IMG/VR virus record: IMGVR_UViG_3300020442_002364
Location: 1 to 64,000 of that record
Reading direction: 5' to 3' (one strand)
From: a virus
Length of the DNA: 64,000 bases
Part shown: positions 49,101-56,226 of the stretch, piece by piece
Layout of the letters: every line of letters begins with the position of its first letter
Numbering within the stretch: the stretch's first letter is position 1
Program-made: the position numbers and the translations under genes
Notes under the pieces: generated by a model
The model's input: the letters and a program-made list of their open reading frames with translations, nothing else
Told to the model about the DNA's origin: nothing
The model's database searches: none

Positions 49101-51385
49101 ATAATAGAAATAATTGGTTCAGTAGTATATCCAGAACCACCATTAGTTACGTTGATAGAAATAACTCTACCATCGATAGTTGTTGTTGCGGCAGCAGGAG
49201 TTCCTTCGTATTGCCACTCAACTTGACCTAAAGTTATGACTCCAGTCGTGTGTGTTGGATATACATCGGGAGAAGTCAATCCAGAGGTAAGTGCTCGGTA
49301 TCTATTACCATTCCATTTTACTCTTGTTCCAATAGAGTATGTTGCATCGAGTTCATAGTCGCTTTCAAATTCAACGATAGGTGGGTTTGCTAAATCAAAT
49401 CCATCTCCGCCAGAAACTGTCTCGATACTAAGAATTCCACCAAATCTTTTCTTATCTTCAGACTTATATGTGAAAAATGGAACTCCGTTAACACCAATAG
49501 CAACTTGACCAACAGGAGTGTCTTGCTTTGTACTTTTTACCTGTGGATCCAGTGGAATACGTTTTAGATATCTTTGATTACCAGGATCTAAATCGGTATT
49601 TGCAAAAGGACCAATTTTGTAACTAGGAATACCACAGGAAGCTACAATAGCGTCATCACTACTCTTATATGTGTTTTGAACATCTGAGGTAAAGTCTTGA
49701 ATGTCCTGTCTAATACTAGAGAAGTCACTCTTACCAAAAGAAAACTCTCTAGTAGCAATAAAGTCAACAGTAACACCTTGATTTGGAGTTGATGGGATTG
49801 TAATGTTAAATGTCGTAGGAGATCCAACACCATCAACAGAAAATTCAGAGTTATAAACGTCTTCTGGGCAATTTAAGATTTTTACAACATCTTCACGGAT
49901 TAAACCATGCGGATCGGCAGTTGTAACAGTTGCGGTTACACTTCCATTTGCATTTGGAGTAGAAAGTGTAATTGATTTTCCTGAAAATGCCTTTCTGACG
50001 TTATATACAAAAGAATCCCAAATAGGATCAATACTATCAAAACCAGGAGACAGTGGTGTTGTGATTTTACTATCTGGTATGTAATATCTACCACCAGAGT
50101 TTAAATTAATACCTCTAGTGCCGCCAAACAGAGAAAGTGAAATCTCTGAGTTGTCTACATTAGAAAATCCATATACTTTGAATGCAGAGATAACTGGTTG
50201 ACCAGCAATATGCTCATTAATGACAGTATTATCTCTTGCTCTTGTGCAACCAAGAAATTGGGTTACTGTTTTTTCTGTATACGAAATAATTTCGTCTTCA
50301 ATACGAATTTTTCCGTTTGTTTCTGGCCAACCAAGTGTAGAGTCAACAGTAACAATAGTATCTGTTTGAACATTGTTACCAAGACCAAAAGCGAGGGTAG
50401 TTTTGTAAGGTGTTACAAATGTTCCTTCGGAATTATTAGTATCTACGTCAATTTCGTAAATAACACCTTCTTCAGTGAAAACTTCAACAACACTCTTTAC
50501 ATAAATTCTTGCAAAGTTGACTTCTGTGTCAGTTGGGTCATTTTCTTGCAATAAAACTTGCCCAACAAGCTCCATTGGATTGCCAGAGAGTTTCTGAGCT
50601 CTAATAACCTCTCTAGAAACGTAAAATGCGTCAGATGGTTTGAAAATTCTGTCTCTTGGATACTTAACTTCCGACTCAACGCCGAAAATCGTTCTCATGA
50701 TGAATTGGAAAGACCTTGTAGTGCCTTTAGAGGCATAAAAATCTTTAATTCTCTTTACAATAACGTTCTGATTGACAGTTTCGTAAAAATCCTTTGGATA
50801 GTTTGCAAGAAATTGCTCTTTAAACTTCTCAAGAATATAAAGAGGGAAAATATTGTTAAGATTGGTGACAGTTGCACCAGTGTTATGAGTTTCTGCTGCA
50901 GTTTCTTCAAATACGAAGTCTGCCGTAGAACCTACAGAAGTAACTCCAGAAAAACCTCTTACGCAGTTTTGGAAAGAAGTTGAAATTTTGCCATTGTAGT
51001 AGATAATCTCATTTCCAATCTTAATGAGACCCTCATTTGGAAAATCTCTAGTATTGGTAACGTCAATGCTAGTTGCAGATGCAGTAGCAGTAGAAATAAG
51101 ATTAGTTTCAGTTACTAAATCAGCATACTGGTCAATATTGTAATATTCATCCCAATTTTGGATGATGTCAAGAGAGTTACCCTTTAATTCTTGAGATCCA
51201 TAGTATTTCTTAACAAAATCTACGAACGTAGAATAATCTTCCCTGACAAATTGAGGGAATTGTGCGAATATTCTATCCGAGACTTTTGATTTGGATTCAG
51301 GACTAACAACCGAAGGAACTGGTGGTACAGTTACCTGAGTTGTGGGTGTAGTCCACGAACTAACTTTCCAAGAAGATGTAGGCAT
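40142..51385 (-). CDS. gp7: Baseplate wedge initiator gp7, greatly expanded (3747 aa)
   Basis: QFPQFVRE..., IKDFYASKGT, VDSTLGWP, YDSNRFQEFSYEI..HPAGFKVFG; position between gp6 and gp8; inserted YHYH-like, CBM-like and helical modules. Confidence 0.88.
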   Translation of the reverse strand: MPTSSWKVSSWTTPTTQVTVPPVPSVVSPESKSKVSDRIFAQFPQFVREDYSTFVDFVKKYYGSQELKGNSLDIIQNWDEYYNIDQYADLVTETNLISTATASATSIDVTNTRDFPNEGLIKIGNEIIYYNGKISTSFQNCVRGFSGVTSVGSTADFVFEETAAETHNTGATVTNLNNIFPLYILEKFKEQFLANYPKDFYETVNQNVIVKRIKDFYASKGTTRSFQFIMRTIFGVESEVKYPRDRIFKPSDAFYVSREVIRAQKLSGNPMELVGQVLLQENDPTDTEVNFARIYVKSVVEVFTEEGVIYEIDVDTNNSEGTFVTPYKTTLAFGLGNNVQTDTIVTVDSTLGWPETNGKIRIEDEIISYTEKTVTQFLGCTRARDNTVINEHIAGQPVISAFKVYGFSNVDNSEISLSLFGGTRGINLNSGGRYYIPDSKITTPLSPGFDSIDPIWDSFVYNVRKAFSGKSITLSTPNANGSVTATVTTADPHGLIREDVVKILNCPEDVYNSEFSVDGVGSPTTFNITIPSTPNQGVTVDFIATREFSFGKSDFSSIRQDIQDFTSDVQNTYKSSDDAIVASCGIPSYKIGPFANTDLDPGNQRYLKRIPLDPQVKSTKQDTPVGQVAIGVNGVPFFTYKSEDKKRFGGILSIETVSGGDGFDLANPPIVEFESDYELDATYSIGTRVKWNGNRYRALTSGLTSPDVYPTHTTGVITLGQVEWQYEGTPAAATTTIDGRVISINVTNGGSGYTTEPIISIIGGGTSATDAASATCNITNGAVTSINVTNSGSGYTSIPTINITGGGGSGATGEAVVRGPISAISLTNPGTAYIDPPNVSLVSGNGAVAYPSILNGKIESIIVTFGGERYFGPPDVIIVGDGVGATAFAQVDQNTNIVTNIVVTNKGIGYSSGNTEVFIVYPGEGAKFQTKLTELTYNEAASASELGVNPNSYTPRKTLDYANGGSFEGTNFLIYGGEYGHMFNPVALRFALEDNISDSYAELNPTKHSPILGWAYDGHPIYGPYGFKDSENKNPFNEYKQLSSSYRIKSSRSSLVAGLTDPLGTYIEDYEYVEGLGDLDQYNGRFCVTPEYPNGVYAYFCSIDGVTGRPKFPYFVGPQFYGQANEINWNGNGLQKTFTEDAIRYKGPYINVDALTVKRKQLKDIEFFFLALEDTTTIITLETGEFFQYDEDGIGYFAYYPLVKGTQADSLFVSSTNKYSSSGVDQYLIEGAGQGYKVNDRLSFDEENTGGSGLSAVISSVTGVPINTLSFAVDNDDKSTVTINTTENHYVKVGDLVTPSVTDNTFSKDITVQVYNNDYYFKYFDLQSAKLMSTWVTATAYEQGDLVLNGRNVYRAKAAGTSGATIPSHTTGTVIDGVGGVEWTFQRVRTDGNLYQGGWSSITGGSNYLNGTYTDVPLTTNGNGVNGKATIVVSGGAVTSVTITQSGVGYEIGDTISALNLNLGNNLTPSAGAGFSITLTEVEKELVIHSSSAHYLNVGDTVRLTGITPSAYDKVDYSVVRVDSNRRAAVKRNFGTVATANVTSALTYVKEAKYQFINGHRYKFDVSHSSHTGKRLSFTKDGDNTDIFSYKNIFAVENDVITGEQESITIEVKDLASIFYYFDINSTTSGSGSYFNVINDPVIGTNTVTAVTDQSISYEVNIEPEVGYSGTGNGVSYITNSIYAKGGIGAITIGDPGRNYSSLPALTGSSRSGFGATAISTIAGELSSTSITNKGSGYNGSALPTAVVTMPDFIDLTLTSVLGDFFPGEIVTSQQVIGNQTARGKVISWTPDTSTLRVEPLKNTVTGAANKGYIMYTSGNANTNKVYSSASSASISAISGTQATVASVVPTTGPNAGSLESLTITGVGSNYRQPPSIILDDPYYGSVSSVSITSQNTSANFTAGTYTGVTQKSVAPTGGTNVEFTVIIDAVTQDVSSVTVTAGGGTYVLGDIITISGAQITGGADGADDFTVTVTGLNHANPATVITKINASIDSVTITNSGSGYLSSPDVEVSGGNGINVILNAELANQGVTNISIENGGSQFETAPVINIVQKTGDGASILLKSSDLGEIVKIGGDNITYNYSHDRTLKPELNTTYNLQLIRTQEINYLQVINGGSSFVSKPEIVLENSSGSAFQLNPIIQNEVIQEVEVINPGRGFLSAPVVKAKVSHNFVALTSNSTINFPYDTKISTGTAVTLKEVFGILPQPLATGVTYYAIEDTIANGLANNQIRLATSLANANAGTSISFTSQPILGNNGLATFVLETTDLGDNIKAFMKPANFAIGEVIYQGASSSSFTARGLVKNWDSKGRVVSVEIFEGEFKVGEPVFGDQTAAFGQIHAFDRADATFEVSPISISGNKWERTTGFLDINEQRLYDSNRFQEFSYEISSSVNIEDWKSPVKFAAHPAGFKVFGSQLIDTSVFKDFRPMPTRDYLTTDLFNWWIPGQPPNTLRTTNGITLVTPKPSAENTGKLSTIANFALGKPDYTAAVPTEVLLFGRQLLDIQKILTCVVSKVDSVNSRSVAFNPTSSSIVNTTSNQITLTNHGLVANQRVVYDAGGDRFLDARDLIIANIDYIVEETIGWLEATYPSLTNGQLPDYDRSVCARDTRLVIAAWANDLRYGGNAFTVAAANSYIGTTVLVADRYGDARNLLRANKEFIAEEAVGRMLADPANSSFAVPGGSQNCIDDVIDIVEVIAYNTAYGGNSEVYDAANLYVSGAHVAGEENQTVQVFNIALELCEDVIQNYPITAAHTSRTQYTDPSISIDPLGYVADRNGDAYNLLQSNKTFIANEAVEQYLIANPSFTVPTGSQNCVDDVIDVINEVSKNVASGGNNYTYDAANYYVGTSHVDGEETETVAIMNLARDMCRQAINNETITIQGSHGLTQTIDNTITVDPGGCAAIKSTIDTLFAIVTTAVTTDSMSHATRTTGGGYINSCQNVVSAMTTLFGILTQAVGTTGSPGNLTGVTRTTPTNSILHIGGEEAETIAAYNYARDLALLAINNSLPTGTYTSIQPNTDLTVTVDPNACANVQSTITTLAQILTQAIDNPATIPNVDQGNYPNLRTGTPIGGLSADSAYYVDVVDANTIRLLDAPSGSIVGLTALGTGSSHQLQLTVDGINNKFKLRVDNSDISTFLNKTAAKSQLMVMINGIVQNPAGYSFTGDVITFAEAPLEGSDILIMYFDRASYSNAFTLDTFGDGIKDFNTTDGLIAGAGYTDGVYTAEPLINKRGTGSGATANISVVGGSVVSISINAAGSGYSNDGIVTATLAGTPTQEFQVEINDVTFDGVDTTFTAQVSGVNYSLPASDNFLLFLNSTLQIKGTNESYTYTGSNITFNEAPLGNMDFYCFYFGQLNLLDDISPFADSSSTIFIITENTSPFSIESDDPNTDPSGNLLIFINGVYQEPGVAYNLNGSQLEFTEAPRSGSNIVMYAYLGSSDDVLIEDTYNSLDPDDIVQIASEGSDRILASVSSSTTIDTYEYTGLRPTEAEFSAFVSNGRVVSISIINPGRNFEVAPILVFTGGGGQGAFAETTISPNTGEVTGVINLRSGSGYVTTPNVIPCHPVSIERAQRDRIISNATPLANTYLSASINATATTITAENVYWNSSQSIGFPDEGEILIKVWNGSAWVVERILYGSRDVSANTFTVATNGRGFNGTGPSTGVGLANTIVTGTYSSSGTACTVTTSGAHNLSTGMEIYLKHTSGTGFDGSYKVTFISSTEFSVEYPFARTTSGNISLLPEIRLRSL
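42240..43710 (-). repeat. Three nested helical repeats (DRxxDA..N..I..EA / C.DD / GGN..AAN.Y / C..V....TL) in gp7
   Basis: Directly visible in the gp7 translation. Confidence 0.85.
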
Positions 51386-51393
51386 TCTCGACT

Positions 51394-53244
51394 TTAATTA
51401 TAACTGGACTCTAAAGTAACTCCAGTTCCAGAAATATTGGAACCGCTGCTGATAACGTCTTCAACAACGTTAACCACAGTATTATCTATGCCAATTGTCA
51501 GATAGGTTTCTCTGAGAGAAATCAGGTCATTTGACTTTGGAACAGCATTGATACGGATTTGGTTTATTTGATATGGAGTGTCTCTAATAATTACATCATT
51601 AATTACTACTTCACCTAACATGTAGTCAACAGAACCCCATAAACCATCGATGAACTCTTTTTCTCCAGTGTCTTTAACATAGAAGAGTTGAAGAGATCCT
51701 TTACCATCATCTTGTAGATAATATGTATTGACCTGATCACCAGCAATGTTGAATCCTGTTGTGGTTACTGACGGTCTGTCAGTAGAAGAGAAGATAGAGT
51801 TTCCATAACATACCTTATAGTTCACTCTTGCGTTCAATGTAACAGGAACATTCTTTCTCATCAGAATCTTAGTGATGTTTGATGTGAATGAAGGATCGGA
51901 ATCATCAATGATCTTTTGTAGTTTGGAATACTTGAATTTTCCACCAAACTTATTAAATTCAGAACCAGAGTTTAAAATATTAAACGCAGCAATAACAATG
52001 TTCTTTAGTTCCGATTGAGTTCTACGAGTTAAGTTAGGATTGAAGTATACGAAACTTGTAATGTCGATGTAGAGAACAGATGGGTCAATAATTTTTGGTT
52101 CTACTGCAGCAACAGAGTATTCTCTAAGTTTTTTGAGAATATTATTTTTCTCCGCAAGAGAAAGTTTATCTGCATTCTTAGGTTTGATCGCTAAGAATAC
52201 TTTTCCATACTCAGGGGGATCTGCTTCTTCACCACCGTAAGCGGAGATAGATTGAATGTTTGGATAGATCTGTGGCAGTAAGACTTCATAGTCTCTAGTT
52301 GAGACTGCTCTACCAAAGGAGGAATAGAATTTAGGAGCAGAGAACTTAATTGACTCCGTAGATTCTTGAACCGCACCTCCATCTGGATTTTGTACCAGAG
52401 TTGTGGTAATTCCAGTTGTGATTGTATTGCTGTTGTTATCTCTAACTGTACCAATAAAATCAAATGAAGTTAATCCGTTTGCACCTGGACCACTACTGGT
52501 AGTGTATGTTACACTAATAACATCTCCATCTAGTAGTGCTTTACCTAAAACGTTATCACCAAACAATACTTCTGGTCTTCCATACTCAGACTCTTCTAAG
52601 AAGTAAACTTTAGTACCACTATCAATCTTAGTAATATCTGTCGCCTTGAGGTAAGACTCTGTAACTGTTCCGCTAGTTACCTCAACTTTAAGAGTTGTAG
52701 TATCAACAGTCTCATTAGTGAGAATGAATCTTTGTCTTTCACTAGTGTCTCTAACAAAAGTATCAGTTAGGAATACACCTTCATACAAGTTGAGATTGCT
52801 AAACGTTGCAACTCCAGTTAAACTGTCTACAGATATACTTTGATCTGAGTCTGTAGAGAATACAAAGTTATCGTTATCTGGTCCAGTAAAGTTTAGTACA
52901 ATACCTCTTGCAAGAGTTACTGTTCTAGGGTATGGAAATGTAGTCTGAACTGCAATGTTGACTGGCATCGATGCTGATCGGGCACTCTTAGGAGTGTATC
53001 CAATCATTCTTGCAAGTTTTACAACGTTCTCTCTAAGAACTGCAGTCTCAAGAAAGTTTTCATTTACAATCAAGTTGGCGTTCATCGCCGTATAATACGT
53101 ATTATACGCAAGAACATCCAAAAGAACAGTCAAAGACGATCCTTCAAAGTCATAATCCGAAAACTCAGATTGACCTTTTAGGTAATTTTTGATCTGTAAC
53201 TTAATCTCGTTATATTCTAACGAGTTTACCTGATTAAATGCCAT
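51394..53244 (-). CDS. gp6: Baseplate wedge subunit gp6
   Basis: FSDYDFEGSSL.VLLDVLAYNTYY, RAVSTRDYE, GGEEADPPEYGKVF. Confidence 0.95.
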   Translation of the reverse strand: MAFNQVNSLEYNEIKLQIKNYLKGQSEFSDYDFEGSSLTVLLDVLAYNTYYTAMNANLIVNENFLETAVLRENVVKLARMIGYTPKSARSASMPVNIAVQTTFPYPRTVTLARGIVLNFTGPDNDNFVFSTDSDQSISVDSLTGVATFSNLNLYEGVFLTDTFVRDTSERQRFILTNETVDTTTLKVEVTSGTVTESYLKATDITKIDSGTKVYFLEESEYGRPEVLFGDNVLGKALLDGDVISVTYTTSSGPGANGLTSFDFIGTVRDNNSNTITTGITTTLVQNPDGGAVQESTESIKFSAPKFYSSFGRAVSTRDYEVLLPQIYPNIQSISAYGGEEADPPEYGKVFLAIKPKNADKLSLAEKNNILKKLREYSVAAVEPKIIDPSVLYIDITSFVYFNPNLTRRTQSELKNIVIAAFNILNSGSEFNKFGGKFKYSKLQKIIDDSDPSFTSNITKILMRKNVPVTLNARVNYKVCYGNSIFSSTDRPSVTTTGFNIAGDQVNTYYLQDDGKGSLQLFYVKDTGEKEFIDGLWGSVDYMLGEVVINDVIIRDTPYQINQIRINAVPKSNDLISLRETYLTIGIDNTVVNVVEDVISSGSNISGTGVTLESSYN

Positions 53245-53633
53245 TATGGTTTAAATACTAAATCTAGATTGTCAATCTTAGGTTGAGAACCTAATATGAT
53301 ATAACTAATTTTTGCTTGCATGTCATTGCCAGTTTCATCGAAGATAACTGCAACATCATAACAAGTCACTCTAGGTTCGTAAGAGTTGATGGAATCTTGG
53401 ATGTTACTCTCTAGTTCAGAGGCGAGTGTATCCGTATAATTCTCAAAAAGTTGTCTAATTATGTTTCCACCAAACTGAGGTAAAAAAGGCTTCTCGAAAA
53501 AATTGTACCTAACGATGTTTTTTACTGACTCTCTAATCGCTTTCTCATTTTTTAGAGTCAATACATCCTTAGTTACAGGGTTTTTTTCAAATGTTAAACT
53601 AAAATCCTTGAAAGATTTTGAAACAAACGCCAT
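53244..53633 (-). CDS. gp25: Baseplate wedge subunit gp25
   Basis: FKDFSLTFEKNPVT.D..LKNE.AI..SVKNIV....EKPF.P.FG...YEPRV. Confidence 0.92.
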   Translation of the reverse strand: MAFVSKSFKDFSLTFEKNPVTKDVLTLKNEKAIRESVKNIVRYNFFEKPFLPQFGGNIIRQLFENYTDTLASELESNIQDSINSYEPRVTCYDVAVIFDETGNDMQAKISYIILGSQPKIDNLDLVFKP

Positions 53634-53654
53634 TTTTACAGTTCGACCATGATT

Positions 53655-53661
53655 TATTTAT
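53655..53661 (-). promoter_or_regulatory. Late-promoter-like ATAAATA upstream of gp25
   Basis: Near-consensus motif ~20 nt upstream of the gp25 ATG. Confidence 0.65.
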
Positions 53662-53675
53662 CAGGGTTTCAAAAA

Positions 53676-53846
53676 TTAATCGCGCAAACGCTCAACATAG
53701 TCGTCAAATCCGTTTTTAACGTCTTTTGAAGGCGCATTTTTCACTTTTTTTGCTCTATTAAGGTATTTGTCGGACCTTGGGTCAGTAATTAGAGTCATTC
53801 CAGACTCCATAAAGTCCTTTCCTAAGTCTGTTCGATGATTGCCCAT
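53676..53846 (-). CDS. Conserved small hypothetical protein (56 aa; not in the ORF track)
   Basis: MGNHRTDLGKDFMESGMTLITDPRSDKYLNRAKK...; strong AGGAGG Shine-Dalgarno 8 nt upstream. Confidence 0.75.
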   Translation of the reverse strand: MGNHRTDLGKDFMESGMTLITDPRSDKYLNRAKKVKNAPSKDVKNGFDDYVERLRD

Positions 53847-53907
53847 TAAAAAAACCTCCTAAAAGTCCATTTTAGAACTTTTAAAGAGGTTTCCATCTCT
53901 CATTTAT

Positions 53908-54054
53908 TTATTTACCTTGACCGCGATACGCTTTTTTCGCCTTATTACGCGAAGTGGCGGCGTATTTTGTGTTTTTAGACGATCCCTGACGAGTCAATTT
54001 GGGTTTTGCAGGTACATAACCATCTTTTACGAGACCAGTTTTCGCTTTTGCCAT
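53908..54054 (-). CDS. Small very basic protein (48 aa; not in the ORF track)
   Basis: MAKAKTGLVKDGYVPAKPKLTRQGSSKNTKYAATSRNKAKKAYRGQGK; own sigma70-type promoter. Confidence 0.75.
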   Translation of the reverse strand: MAKAKTGLVKDGYVPAKPKLTRQGSSKNTKYAATSRNKAKKAYRGQGK

Positions 54055-54078
54055 TGAAATTTAGCGGTTTACCCGTAA

Positions 54079-54107
54079 ATCCTAGTAGTACCAAGCGTTT
54101 TTGTCAA
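54079..54107 (-). promoter_or_regulatory. Host sigma70-type promoter TTGACA-17-TAGGAT
   Basis: -35 at 54107-54102, -10 at 54084-54079, 17-nt spacer. Confidence 0.7.
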
Positions 54108-54108
54108 G

Positions 54109-54423
54109 TCATCCGCCGATGTAAACCTTTTTTGCGCCTGCTGATAGACCATTGTTGCCCACTGAGTCACCACAATTGACATTAGAACCCAATCTTCCGC
54201 ATTTTATATTGTTTACATAGACAGAATTGCTGCCATCGGAGATACCTCGTGCTCCTCCTGCGTGTGTTGTCTGTCCACAAGTGTGTGCAGCGTACTGATC
54301 ACCTACTCTACCGACTTGCATATTGCCTGCATAGACGTTTGGAGACCCTTGTGTGAGGTTTGTTGGGGGAAAACACCCATGTCCAGTGGATAAACCACCT
54401 TTAACTGCTGGAGTTGTTGCCAT
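54109..54423 (-). CDS. PAAR-domain spike-tip protein (gp5.4-like)
   Basis: TGHGCFPPT..QGSPNVY...RVGD..AAHTC...H...GS.SVYVN....GRLG....CG. Confidence 0.9.
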   Translation of the reverse strand: MATTPAVKGGLSTGHGCFPPTNLTQGSPNVYAGNMQVGRVGDQYAAHTCGQTTHAGGARGISDGSNSVYVNNIKCGRLGSNVNCGDSVGNNGLSAGAKKVYIGG

Positions 54424-55067
54424 TATGTTCCGTATCTAATTTTGTTAGCGAGGATATCTTGCAATTTATCGCGTCCAAGATCCCAATTATTAAGAATCGT
54501 ATGATTTGTGGATATTGTTTGAGTGAAAGGGACACCCAGACACAGTAGATTCAACGTATATGTATATGTTACAACTATAGATGCCCTAGTATCTGGTTTA
54601 TATCTTATCAAAGTGTCACATGGGTTTGGAATCTCCAACTCATACTGACCACCACTACCATCTGGGTCAGCTACGTTGTTCTTATTAATGTTGTATATAC
54701 GCCCTGCAGGATCGCTTATACTGCTCTGTAACTCAATGACGGGGGTATGACTAGGATTACCTGTTGTATCGTCCCTGTACTCCCATTCACGCTGATCAAA
54801 GTAAGTCTCATTGAACACTCCACTGATACTCAATGTAAGACTTGTACTAGGAGTTGCACTAGGAGTATACGTTAAGTTACCAATAGGCAGACCTGGATCC
54901 AGTCCAGGTTGAAAATTAGTAATTAACGTTGGAGTTACCGAGGTTAGTGTTACGTTTACAAGGGTTTCAAGATTAACACCATTACACGGTTCCATCACAA
55001 GTAGGATAGAATCGCTAAATGGTACACCTATGGTAGCATCGTTAAATGGTCTGGATAAACTTGCCAT
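54423..55067 (-). CDS. Hypothetical protein (probably baseplate-hub associated)
   Basis: 214-aa ORF coupled to PAAR; TTAAATA at 55116-55122 upstream. Confidence 0.7.
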   Translation of the reverse strand: MASLSRPFNDATIGVPFSDSILLVMEPCNGVNLETLVNVTLTSVTPTLITNFQPGLDPGLPIGNLTYTPSATPSTSLTLSISGVFNETYFDQREWEYRDDTTGNPSHTPVIELQSSISDPAGRIYNINKNNVADPDGSGGQYELEIPNPCDTLIRYKPDTRASIVVTYTYTLNLLCLGVPFTQTISTNHTILNNWDLGRDKLQDILANKIRYGT

Positions 55068-55101
55068 AACTTAGAGACAACGCGGGGGTTACGCGATTTT
55101 T

Positions 55102-55317
55102 TTACCCTCCAAGAGTATTTAATCGATCTTCATGGTCACAAACAATATCTACCAGTTTTTCATATTCATTTGAACCAGGACGCCTCATCATCATCTTAGA
55201 TTCGTTCACACGTTTCTCTAAGGCATTCACACGCGCCCATAGAAGCTCTAACTCAGCATCATATCTGAGTCTTGCATTGTTTTCAGACGGAATACTCATA
55301 CTTTTCTTTTCCAACAA
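55102..55317 (-). CDS. Hypothetical protein (start may be MSIPSE at 55299)
   Basis: RRPGS.EYEKLVDIVCDHE.RL. Confidence 0.6.
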   Translation of the reverse strand: MLEKKSMSIPSENNARLRYDAELELLWARVNALEKRVNESKMMMRRPGSNEYEKLVDIVCDHEDRLNTLGG

Positions 55318-55492
55318 ATTGCTCCTCTAAGTTGTAGTTCATAATCCAGTTCTCAGTTACCACATAGTAACCACTGATGTTTTCGCCATCACACTGGAAA
55401 CCATAGGTCCTCACTTTCTCACACACTCCGTCAATGCAGAACTTCTTGTCACTGTGAAGGTATGAGTGATACCTTTCGTCCAGATTAATCAT
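55283..55492 (-). CDS. Conserved cyanophage hypothetical protein
   Basis: MINLDERYHSYL...F.IDG..E.V..YG; TATAAT at 55515-55520 upstream. Confidence 0.7.
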   Translation of the reverse strand: MINLDERYHSYLHSDKKFCIDGVCEKVRTYGFQCDGENISGYYVVTENWIMNYNLEEQFVGKEKYEYSV

Positions 55493-55527
55493 GGCAGTTT
55501 TGTCTCTTAATATAATTATAGCAGAAA

Positions 55528-56226
55528 TCAGCAGAAAGAGTGAAAGTTCAATCTAAAGGTATCAGAATACATACCTTTCTTAAAATATGCTGAATGGAAC
55601 AATGCTCCCTCATAGATGTGCAGTCTGTTGAACTTACGTGGAAGGAAGTGATACATTTCATATCGCTCGTCCCCATCAAATCCCTCAAACTCAACTAGTT
55701 GTCTATACAGATGCTCATTCTCAGGAAGAATGTCAGCATACCTCTCTTTCCTGTAGATACTAGGATTTCTGAATACTGCTTCTTCTCCAGTATCCCTTAC
55801 ACGGTAGAATGCAGTACCATCTTTGTCAGTGATCTCCTCATCATGATTCAGACAATAGTTAAATGCCATATGCATCGTGTCTGAATGAGGATAAAGAGAT
55901 CTCTTCAAACATTTTGTCTTGCTGTTAATTACAGAAACGTTCCAAGAGAACTGTGCATCATAAATGCCATAGTGCTCCTCTAGAACAAGTCTCTGATATC
56001 TTGTGATAGAATCAAATGTATATTCTAACCACTGCTGCCACCCTGGGTAGAAACTACGTGATCTCTCTAGTGGATGACCAGAGCACCAGTCTCTCATCTC
56101 CTCAGGATATCTGAAAACATTGTCAATGGTAATTACTCTGCTCTTCCATTGACCAATCTCAACTACATTCACATCCGCCTCTTTGTTAATCTCAAAGAGA
56201 GCAGTGTTAGCAAATTTCAAATGCAT
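55528..56226 (-). CDS. DUF6445-like putative 2OG-Fe(II) oxygenase
   Basis: VITIDNVFRYPE..YPG, PHSD, GTAFYR, KFNRL.IY.G.LFHSA, R.N motifs (HxD...H...R). Confidence 0.75.
   Translation of the reverse strand: MHLKFANTALFEINKEADVNVVEIGQWKSRVITIDNVFRYPEEMRDWCSGHPLERSRSFYPGWQQWLEYTFDSITRYQRLVLEEHYGIYDAQFSWNVSVINSKTKCLKRSLYPHSDTMHMAFNYCLNHDEEITDKDGTAFYRVRDTGEEAVFRNPSIYRKERYADILPENEHLYRQLVEFEGFDGDERYEMYHFLPRKFNRLHIYEGALFHSAYFKKGMYSDTFRLNFHSFC

Noticed and set aside
1697-52606. Numerous plus-strand and off-frame ORFs in the track within the structural block
   Set aside because: Antisense or frame shadows of long Thr/Ser/Gly-rich genes; no promoters, RBS or family motifs
55081-55103. CGCG-loop-CGCG plus T-run as a terminator
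   Set aside because: Only a 4-bp stem, and the T-run is on the non-coding strand
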